A DNA stretch of 32,000 bases from Trichlorobacter lovleyi SZ (lineage in GTDB: Bacteria > Desulfobacterota > Desulfuromonadia > Geobacterales > Pseudopelobacteraceae), in contig NC_010814.1 of NCBI RefSeq assembly GCF_000020385.1, positions 1,890,001-1,922,000 on the forward strand, in the 5' to 3' direction. Of this stretch, positions 14,674 to 22,910 are shown piece by piece. The notes beneath the pieces are model-generated. The model saw nothing but the letters and a program-made list of their open reading frames with translations, was not told the origin of the DNA and did no database searches. Both the position numbers and the translations under genes were made by a program. Each line of letters begins with the position of its first letter. Position 1 is the stretch's first letter.

Positions 14674-15471
14674 GTGTTAGAACTTCAGCACCAGGCCGTA
14701 CAGTGCGGTTACGTCGGTCTCCGGCCTGGTCAGACCGAACTTGATACCGGCATCAACATCCAGATGATCATTGATTTCGTACCGCAGACCGGTCAGGGCA
14801 TAGACCGGCAGCTCATTTGAGCTCTTGTCCGGGTTGGTGGCCAGACCGAAATCAGCCACAGCAAACAGCCCCTTGGCAACCTCTGCCTCACCGGCAATGG
14901 AGCCTGACCAGAGGTTTCTGCGCTGTGTGCCTTCATCTTCACGGTAGTGGTGGTATTCATACCCAAGATTGGCATGCAGGGCGTAGGCGCCATCTGCAAA
15001 CTCTTTGGTGGCAATCAGGGTGCCGCCGAATTGCCAACGCCCCTCGGACAGGCCATTGCTGTACTTGCCGGTGGGGATGATGGCCGTGGGCTTGATCGCC
15101 AGATTGATGCCGGCCAGCTCTGCAAAGCGGTATTTCACCTCCAGGGTCATGTCACCGAAACCGTCGGTGTTGGACACTGCACCATCCAGATTGGAACGCT
15201 CATTGAATAGGTAGGGAATCGCCAGGGAGATGCCAAGATCCTTATACAGGCCGGTGGTGATCTTGACTTCTCCGTCAGCGGTGTTGGTCCTGGTGGTTGA
15301 TCCATTAACAGTCTGCCTGTCGTAGCCGTAGGAGCTGTTCAGCTCAATCTCTACCTTGCCGACATCAACCGTACCGGCATCATCAGTGGCAAGGGGAGGT
15401 CCGGCAAAAGCCGAACCGGCAGTTACAAGGGCAAGACAAAGCACAAGGGTGGTTGAATGAACTGGCTGCAT
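14674..15471 (-). repeat. Right arm of the perfect 798-bp inverted repeat
   Basis: See the left arm. Flanking sequence diverges immediately outside the ATG and at stop+3 on both sides. Confidence 0.9.
14677..15471 (-). CDS. Outer-membrane beta-barrel channel, copy 2 (identical to copy 1), first gene upstream of feoA/feoB on the same strand
   Basis: 264 aa, identical to the product of 10092..10886. GGAG lies in the leader, 7 nt before ATG 15471. Confidence 0.8.
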   Translation of the reverse strand: MQPVHSTTLVLCLALVTAGSAFAGPPLATDDAGTVDVGKVEIELNSSYGYDRQTVNGSTTRTNTADGEVKITTGLYKDLGISLAIPYLFNERSNLDGAVSNTDGFGDMTLEVKYRFAELAGINLAIKPTAIIPTGKYSNGLSEGRWQFGGTLIATKEFADGAYALHANLGYEYHHYREDEGTQRRNLWSGSIAGEAEVAKGLFAVADFGLATNPDKSSNELPVYALTGLRYEINDHLDVDAGIKFGLTRPETDVTALYGLVLKF

Positions 15472-15472
15472 A

Positions 15473-15536
15473 AGGTGTCTCCTTTTGTTGTCAAAATTTG
15501 AAATTAGGGCTGGCTATATGGTGAGTGGAGACACCT
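15473..15536 (-). promoter_or_regulatory. SD-sequestering hairpin in the leader of porin copy 2
   Basis: On the minus-strand RNA, AGGUGUCUCC (complement of 15536-15527) pairs perfectly with GGAGACACCU (complement of 15482-15473). The second arm contains the Shine-Dalgarno GGAG and ends 1 nt before the AUG. The loop is 44 nt. Confidence 0.5.
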
Positions 15537-15552
15537 GTGGCTGGCTTACGCG

Positions 15553-15678
15553 TTATTTGGTTAAGATAAGTTTGTTGTTGCCGGTAATCCTTAAACGGTA
15601 TTCTTCATCCGCGTGCAGGATGAAGATTTCCTGCTGGTTACCAAACAGATCTGCACTGGTGATGACCCGCTTTTCCAT
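15553..15678 (-). CDS. hemP: HemP/HmuP-family small protein (41 aa)
   Basis: Hand translation gives MEKRVITSADLFGNQQEIFILHADEEYRLRITGNNKLILTK. The pattern (I-H-----Y-LR-T--(G/N)KLILTK at the C-terminus) is the hemin-uptake HemP signature. The ATG lies 1 nt after the upstream TAA. It is below the ORF-track length cutoff. Confidence 0.8.
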   Translation of the reverse strand: MEKRVITSADLFGNQQEIFILHADEEYRLRITGNNKLILTK

Positions 15679-15679
15679 C

Positions 15680-16018
15680 TTAGGTCTGTGCCTCCTTTCC
15701 TGATTGACTGCAGATAGCAGATGCCGGTTGTTGCTGTATCAAGCTGACGCAGTTGAGGCATTCACGCAAGGTACAGACACCGCAGGCGTGGTGCATGAAC
15801 ACCGGAATTCCCTGTTTTTTAGCAGCAGACACCGCTTCATTACGTGCCTGGTGCGATACCTTGTTGGTAAAGATGACAACAGCATCGGCATGTCTGATCT
15901 TGCTGCCCATGTTTTGCTCGGCCCGGCTGAAAATCCGCAGATTCATCCCCTGCTTTTTCGCCTCTTTCAGGTACTGCTCTCCTAACCGGTCCATACCTCC
16001 CACCAGTATGATGCTCAT
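15680..16018 (-). CDS. DUF2325-like protein with a C-terminal CxxC-x4-CxxC
   Basis: MSIILVGGMDRLGEQY...ADAVVIFTNKVSHQARNEAV...GIPV matches my recollection of the DUF2325 family. The tail is ACGVCTLRECLNC. ATGA overlap with the upstream gene. Confidence 0.65.
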   Translation of the reverse strand: MSIILVGGMDRLGEQYLKEAKKQGMNLRIFSRAEQNMGSKIRHADAVVIFTNKVSHQARNEAVSAAKKQGIPVFMHHACGVCTLRECLNCVSLIQQQPASAICSQSGKEAQT

Positions 16019-16740
16019 AGTTTCGCTCCATGAAGAAGATGAAAATCGATATCATTATTCTGGCAAAAAAAAGGGTGCTCAGGATCTCCAATTTCAAGCA
16101 TCCGCCGGTTGCCGGTGGCGAGAATTGCGCCCATACGTTGACGACAGCAGCGGTAGTCTTCTGCCAGACGCAGACTGTGTACCGGATTGCCGTAGATCTT
16201 CCAGAGTGCCTGGCAGGTAAACGGCAGTTTCACCAGCCCCATAAAAGCAGCCACATCCTTAGGGGGGTAGCCGATGAACAGGCCGATCTCGTGCGGGAAA
16301 CCGTCATGCTCAACAATCCGCTGTGTCAGCAGATCAAACAGTTCGTCCAGGCAGGCCTGTGGTTTGTAGCCGGCCTTGTGAAGCAGCGTGCGGATACCGG
16401 CATGGGACATATGCTGTTCCAGCTGTTTACGGTCAAAGCAGAGCAGCAGGAAGGCCTTTGGTTTGTTCTGCAGCACAATAAACTCAAGGTTGCCGAATCG
16501 GCAGGCTATCTGCTGCTGATGGGCCTGCCAGAGATGGTACAGATTTCTGCCGCAGGGCCGGGTCCTGTTAACCAGCGGAACGAGGTTGGCCGGTTTGGCT
16601 CCGGCAAGCACTTCAGAACACTCCAACATCAGATGTGCAGTCAGGCAATCCAGGGGGGATTCATATTTTGCAAGCAGTTCAGGAACGGCATGAACCATGG
16701 GTCGTGTGGTGTGTTTTCGGTCGGATCGGTAAAAACCCAT
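16015..16740 (-). CDS. DUF3793-like protein
   Basis: The motifs GAKPANL, FPHEIGLFIGYPPKDVAAFMG and WKIYGNP resemble the DUF3793 family as I recall it. First gene after the Fur-box region. Confidence 0.65.
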   Translation of the reverse strand: MGFYRSDRKHTTRPMVHAVPELLAKYESPLDCLTAHLMLECSEVLAGAKPANLVPLVNRTRPCGRNLYHLWQAHQQQIACRFGNLEFIVLQNKPKAFLLLCFDRKQLEQHMSHAGIRTLLHKAGYKPQACLDELFDLLTQRIVEHDGFPHEIGLFIGYPPKDVAAFMGLVKLPFTCQALWKIYGNPVHSLRLAEDYRCCRQRMGAILATGNRRMLEIGDPEHPFFCQNNDIDFHLLHGAKL

Positions 16741-16756
16741 GGGGGCGCCCTTTCTT

Positions 16757-16775
16757 GTAAATGATTTTTGTTATC
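16757..16775 (-). promoter_or_regulatory. Candidate Fur box upstream of the DUF3793-to-feo operon
   Basis: The minus strand reads GATAACAAAAATCATTTAC, a 14/19 match to the classical Fur consensus GATAATGATAATCATTATC. It lies 17-35 nt upstream of ATG 16740 and overlaps a candidate -10 (TATTGA). Confidence 0.45.
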
Positions 16776-16783
16776 AATAGTGT

Positions 16784-16803
16784 GTTGACAAATATATGTC
16801 AAC
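16784..16803. promoter_or_regulatory. 20-bp near-perfect palindrome GTTGACAAATATATGTCAAC (candidate operator; also supplies a TTGACA -35 on the minus strand)
   Basis: 9 of 10 positions are self-complementary. On the minus strand, TTGACA (16802-16797) lies 17 nt upstream of TATTGA (16779-16774). Confidence 0.4.
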
Positions 16804-16859
16804 TGTTTTTTGTGACTGCAGATAAAACGGTGAGTGGGACGTCTGCGGTCTACGAGAGG

Positions 16860-17312
16860 TCAGTGGTCTGAACAGCTTTTGCAAACGCCATACATAACGA
16901 TGGTTTTTGAATCTATCTGTCCCCATTGAGCAACATCGGCAGGTGGTTCCAGCGTATCTACAACAGGCCACTGAAAGTCTACAACGCGCTTGCACTGGCT
17001 GCAAATCAGGTGATGGTGGGGTGCGTAAACCGCCTCAAAACGTGCCTGGCTTTCAGCTGTTTGAATGCGTGCAACCAACTGGTGTTCCTCCAGGGTGGTC
17101 AGGGTGCGATAGACCGTATCAAGTGAGATGGTCGGGAGTGTCGCCAACAAACGCTTGTGGAGTGTCTCGGCAGTGGGGTGATCAGGCTGATTGACCAATT
17201 GTCGGTAGATTTCTGTACGTTGATGGGTGACTTTCAGACCGGCGTCTCTGCAGGCAGTCACAAACTGTTCCATCATCTGTTTAGGCTGTTCCTGACTACA
17301 GGTGGTTGCCAT
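16860..17312 (-). CDS. Fur-family metalloregulator (Fur or PerR type)
   Basis: Winged-helix region LKVTHQRTEIYRQL...HPTAETLHKRL...ISLDTVYRTLTTLEE. Metal sites HHHLICSQC and GVCKSC. 150 aa. Confidence 0.85.
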   Translation of the reverse strand: MATTCSQEQPKQMMEQFVTACRDAGLKVTHQRTEIYRQLVNQPDHPTAETLHKRLLATLPTISLDTVYRTLTTLEEHQLVARIQTAESQARFEAVYAPHHHLICSQCKRVVDFQWPVVDTLEPPADVAQWGQIDSKTIVMYGVCKSCSDH

Positions 17313-17339
17313 GGCAATACTCCATTTTTCTATTACTTG

Positions 17340-17353
17340 GTAAGAATCATTAC
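17340..17353 (-). promoter_or_regulatory. Candidate autoregulatory operator GTAATGATTCTTAC (minus-strand reading)
   Basis: Identical at 12/14 positions to the 14-mer at 18867-18880. It overlaps a candidate -10 (AATGAT) located 17 nt downstream of a minus-strand TTGACA (17374-17369). Confidence 0.4.
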
Positions 17354-17497
17354 TTCTTGCACCGCTTTTGTCAAGAAAACTGTTGCAGGTTCAACTGAAC
17401 GTGTGACGCTCCTGTAGCTTGCATGATTCTGTTTTCAGGTTACACTCAAGAAAACGTGTTGTGCTTATTTCAGGGTTCTTGAACAGGGAGGAGATGT

Positions 17498-18208
17498 ATG
17501 CCGGATAATTTACTGATTCCGTCGGTTGATTTGCGGGTAGGGGCGCTGGAGGAATATAATCGTACCCAGAAACAGAAGGCGATGCTGCGTCATAAAAAGC
17601 CGAAGCCACGTCCATGCGTGACAATTTCGCGCCAATTCGGGTGTCTTGGGTATCCGGTTGCAGAACGGGTTTGTGAGCTGATGAGCCATAAAAGTGGTGA
17701 GCAGTGGTTGTTGATCGATCGGGCCGTACTTGATGAAGTGGCAAAGCACCATAATATTTCAAAAGATATTCTTGAGAGTCTGGGGGAAAAGAACCGTCTT
17801 CTGGATGATATACTGGCAACCTTTTCTCCACGCTGGACCCATAGTCAGGACTGTTTCAGGCTGCTGTGCAAACATGTGGTCAGCCTTGCAGAACAGGGGA
17901 ATGTCATCATTATGGAACTGGGCGGGGCAATCATCACCAGGCATTTTGAACATTCAAAGCATTTCAGGATCTACGGATCAATGGATTTCAAGGTGCGGGC
18001 CATAGCACAGCGGCTTCAGATTGAGTATGCGGCTGCGGAAAAAATGGTGATCAAGCAGCAGAAGCAACGCGATGCCTTTACCAGGGATTTTCTGGATCAG
18101 GATGATCATAACCCTGCTCTGTACGAGTTGCTGTTCAATAATGATCGTAATTCCGTTGAAAAAATTGCCGCCACCATAGTCGCCTATGTTGCGGATGAAC
18201 TGTTGTGA
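17498..18208 (+). CDS. Cytidylate-kinase-like family (P-loop-like) protein
   Basis: PCVTISRQFGCLGYPVAERVCELM... resembles the 'cytidylate kinase-like family' N-terminus. GGGAGGAG precedes ATG 17498. Confidence 0.6.
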   Translation: MPDNLLIPSVDLRVGALEEYNRTQKQKAMLRHKKPKPRPCVTISRQFGCLGYPVAERVCELMSHKSGEQWLLIDRAVLDEVAKHHNISKDILESLGEKNRLLDDILATFSPRWTHSQDCFRLLCKHVVSLAEQGNVIIMELGGAIITRHFEHSKHFRIYGSMDFKVRAIAQRLQIEYAAAEKMVIKQQKQRDAFTRDFLDQDDHNPALYELLFNNDRNSVEKIAATIVAYVADELL

Positions 18209-18298
18209 AATTAATTATTGACATTTTACTAGATAGGTATTATTCCTAACAAACCGATTCCGGTCGGTGCTACTACTTTCAAACTGGAGGACGTTCCC

Positions 18299-18805
18299 AT
18301 GGCTAATGGACCAAAATCTGAAAAAAATCTACAGGATGCTTTTGCCGGTGAATCCCAGGCTAACCGTAAATATCTGGCATTTGCCAAGCAGGCTGATAAA
18401 GAAGGTTTCCCTCAGGTCGCCCGCCTGTTCCGTGCTGCTGCCGAGGCAGAGACGGTGCATGCCCATAATCACTTGAAGGCGCTTGGCGGGATCAAAACCA
18501 CCAGGGAAAACCTGGTGGAGGCAATTGGCGGCGAGACCCATGAGTTTAAAGAGATGTATCCACCCATGATTGAAGCTGCCAAGGAAGATGGCGCTGCTGA
18601 AGCCCTGCGTTCCTTTACCTATGCCAATACTGTGGAAAAGACCCATGCCGAGCTGTATCAAAAGGCCTTTGATACCCTTGGCCAGACTGGTGAACAGTTT
18701 GATTACTATGTTTGTCCGATCTGCGGTCATACGGTAGAAAAGGGTGCGCCGGACAAGTGCGAGGTCTGTGGAGCTGCCGGTTCGGTATTTGTGCAGATTA
18801 AGTAG
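18299..18805 (+). CDS. rbr: Rubrerythrin (ferritin-like diiron domain plus C-terminal rubredoxin-like CxxC...CxxC)
   Basis: LQDAFAGESQANRKYLAFA...EAETVHAHNH..., then CPICGH...CEVCGA. Confidence 0.9.
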   Translation: MANGPKSEKNLQDAFAGESQANRKYLAFAKQADKEGFPQVARLFRAAAEAETVHAHNHLKALGGIKTTRENLVEAIGGETHEFKEMYPPMIEAAKEDGAAEALRSFTYANTVEKTHAELYQKAFDTLGQTGEQFDYYVCPICGHTVEKGAPDKCEVCGAAGSVFVQIK

Positions 18806-18817
18806 ATTTTTTTAGGG

Positions 18818-18856
18818 AAGCGGGTTGCATCAAGAGATGCACCCGCTTTGATTTTG
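18818..18856 (+). terminator. Rho-independent terminator after rbr
   Basis: AAGCGGGTTGCATC / loop AAGA / GATGCACCCGCTT forms 13 bp with one bulged base. It is followed by TGATTTTG. Confidence 0.7.
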
Positions 18857-18866
18857 TCTTTTAGTA

Positions 18867-18880
18867 GTAATTATTATTAC
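18867..18880 (+). promoter_or_regulatory. Candidate operator GTAATTATTATTAC upstream of katG
   Basis: 14-bp palindrome with 6/7 self-complementary pairs. It overlaps a candidate -10, TATTAT (18872-18877), located 18 nt after TTGATT (18848-18853). It matches 17340-17353 at 12/14 positions. Confidence 0.4.
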
Positions 18881-18908
18881 CTAAAAAATATTGTGCTATT
18901 GACATTAG

Positions 18909-21221
<2,313 letters not shown>

Positions 21222-21260
21222 AGTTGTCGAAGAATTACATTATAGGTCAGGAGGTATTCT

Positions 21261-21701
21261 GTGTCGTATCTTTCCATTATCTATCGTCTGTTGATCGCCT
21301 TCTGGGTAGGGGGGGCGGCTCTTTTCACCTTTATCCTGACGCCCACCCTGTTCAAGAGCTTTGACCGTGATATGGCCGGTAACATTGTCGGGATACTATT
21401 CCCCGGCTATTTCAAATGGGGCCTGATCTGCGGCATTCTTGCCATTGGGTGTCTGTTGTTTGTCAGGGGCAAGCACTGGATGGCATCTTCCCTGATTATT
21501 GTTGCCATGCTGGTGGTTACCTCGCTGCAGGCCTTTGTGATCGAACCAAAGGCAGCAGCTATTAAAAAGGAAATTCCTTCCTTTGTTAGCACGCCCAAAG
21601 ATCATCCGTTGCGGCAGCAGTTCAAAAAGCTGCACGGTCTGTCGGCTGCCGGTAACCTGGGGGTTATTGGCGGTGGTATCGCTCTGATAATTTTGCTATA
21701 A
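21261..21701 (+). CDS. DUF4149-like small membrane protein
   Basis: Four hydrophobic segments. The N-terminus LIAFWVGGAALFTFILTPTLFKSF resembles DUF4149. GGAGG lies 6 nt before GTG 21261. Confidence 0.6.
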   Translation: MSYLSIIYRLLIAFWVGGAALFTFILTPTLFKSFDRDMAGNIVGILFPGYFKWGLICGILAIGCLLFVRGKHWMASSLIIVAMLVVTSLQAFVIEPKAAAIKKEIPSFVSTPKDHPLRQQFKKLHGLSAAGNLGVIGGGIALIILL

Positions 21702-21733
21702 AAAAACAACTTGATATGAAAGGAGAGTTTTAG

Positions 21734-22312
21734 ATGTCCAAGTCAGTCAAAGGCACCAAGACCGAACAGAACCTGCTGAAATCATTTGCCGGTGAGAGTC
21801 AGGCACGCATGCGCTATACCTACTTTTCCGCTGCTGCCAAAAAAGAAGGCTACGTGCAGATCGCTGATATCTTTGAGGAGACCGCCAACCAGGAAAAGGA
21901 ACACGCCAAGCGCTTTTTCAAATTTCTGGAAGGTGGCATGGTGGAGATCACCGCCTGTTTTCCGGCCGGTGTGATCGGTACCACAGCCGAGAACCTGCTG
22001 GCAGCTGCCAATGGTGAGCATGAAGAACACACTGAGCTGTATCCTGCCTTTGCTGCAGTTGCCAAGGAAGAGGGGTTTGCCGAGATTGCAGCTGTCTGGA
22101 ACGCAATATCAGTAGCAGAAAAACAACATGAAAAGCGCTATCGCGATCTGTTGGCAAATATTGAGGCCGGCCGCGTCTTCCAGCGGGAAGAGATTGTGGT
22201 CTGGCGCTGCCGTAACTGTGGCTACCTGCACAGCAATAAATCAGCACCGGAACTGTGTCCGGCCTGTGCCCATCCGATGGCTCACTTTGAACTACTGGGT
22301 GAAAACTGGTAG
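21734..22312 (+). CDS. rbr: Rubrerythrin (classical ~191-aa type)
   Basis: KGTKTEQNLLKSFAGESQARMRYTYFSAAAKKEGYVQIADIFEETANQEKEHAKRFFKFLEGG. C-terminal CRNCGY...CPACAH. Confidence 0.95.
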   Translation: MSKSVKGTKTEQNLLKSFAGESQARMRYTYFSAAAKKEGYVQIADIFEETANQEKEHAKRFFKFLEGGMVEITACFPAGVIGTTAENLLAAANGEHEEHTELYPAFAAVAKEEGFAEIAAVWNAISVAEKQHEKRYRDLLANIEAGRVFQREEIVVWRCRNCGYLHSNKSAPELCPACAHPMAHFELLGENW

Positions 22313-22342
22313 TTTAACCTGTTGATATGGTTGCTTGATCTG

Positions 22343-22370
22343 GCCGCTTCCGATGAGGAAGCGGCTTTTT
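22343..22370 (+). terminator. Rho-independent terminator
   Basis: GCCGCTTCC / loop GATGA / GGAAGCGGC is a perfect 9-bp stem, followed by TTTTT. Confidence 0.8.
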
Positions 22371-22376
22371 GATTTC

Positions 22377-22877
22377 CTAGTGCTGATGCCCCGGCATCAT
22401 GCCCGGTTTCATCTGGCCGTTCATCGGCATTGCAGCGCTATCGGCGGTTGCCTGGTGTACGGTCAGCTTCCAGCCCTCTTTGGTCCTGGTCCAGACATGG
22501 GTGTAGAGGTTGACCTGGTTGACCATCGGTTTCTCCATCCCCTTGCGGTAGGCCACCATCCTGAATTTACCGGTGCTGACAGCCGTGTCTCCGTAGACCC
22601 GTACCTGTACCTTCATCGGCGTAATCGGGTCATGCCTGCGCAGACCGCTCTCCAAAGAGTCGATATACTCGTTTTTGCCTTCAATCCGGCCGGTGGCGTG
22701 GACATGGTAGAGGTTGTCAGCCAGCAGCCTGTTCAGGGTGGCAACATCACCCTTACCGGCGGCCTCACCCCATTGGATGTCCAGGGCAGTAATCTCCTCC
22801 TCAACAGAGCCGGCAAAGGCCGGCAGGGCAGTAGTAACAACAATCATAAACAACAAAAAAACAATACGCTTGGACAT
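22377..22877 (-). CDS. Secreted NTF2-like (SnoaL/DUF4440-like) protein with a Met/His-rich C-terminal tail
   Basis: Signal peptide MSKRIVFLLFMIVVTTALPAFA. NTF2-like core DIQWGEAAGKGDVATLNRLLADN...THVWTRTKEGWKLTVHQAT. Tail MPMNGQMKPGMMPGHQH. Confidence 0.65.
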   Translation of the reverse strand: MSKRIVFLLFMIVVTTALPAFAGSVEEEITALDIQWGEAAGKGDVATLNRLLADNLYHVHATGRIEGKNEYIDSLESGLRRHDPITPMKVQVRVYGDTAVSTGKFRMVAYRKGMEKPMVNQVNLYTHVWTRTKEGWKLTVHQATADSAAMPMNGQMKPGMMPGHQH

Positions 22878-22910
22878 GGCAACTCCTTTCCCGGTTGGTA
22901 TTTGTTCTGA

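Noticed and set aside
10092-15471. Interpretation of the inverted repeats as IS elements or a composite transposon
   Set aside because: The arms are a complete outer-membrane protein ORF, not an IS. No transposase, terminal inverted repeats or target-site duplication was seen. The cargo is core iron-uptake machinery.
16030-16764. 244-aa plus-strand ORF
   Set aside because: It is fully antisense to the DUF3793-like gene, which has recognisable family motifs. The ORF has no RBS and a low-complexity, Arg/Gly-poor, odd composition. It is a typical shadow ORF in GC-rich DNA.
16784-16812. Palindrome plus TGTTTTTTG read as a plus-strand intrinsic terminator
   Set aside because: No credible plus-strand gene ends upstream of it. 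The stem is AT-rich with only about 7 bp usable around a loop. An operator or -35 role for the minus-strand operon fits the context better, but terminator activity cannot be excluded.
17391-17831. 146-aa minus-strand ORF in the Fur / cytidylate-kinase-like divergent region
   Set aside because: It overlaps the plus-strand gene, which has a strong GGGAGGAG RBS and family-like sequence. The translation is low-complexity with no motif or RBS.
18899-18904. TTGACA upstream of katG as the -35 element
   Set aside because: No acceptable -10 lies 16-19 nt downstream. The TTGATT-18-TATTAT arrangement that overlaps the 14-bp operator fits better.
22335-22910. 191-aa plus-strand ORF
   Set aside because: It is antisense to the secreted NTF2-like gene, which has a clear signal peptide and fold motifs. 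The plus-strand terminator at 22343-22370 also lies inside this ORF's 5' end.
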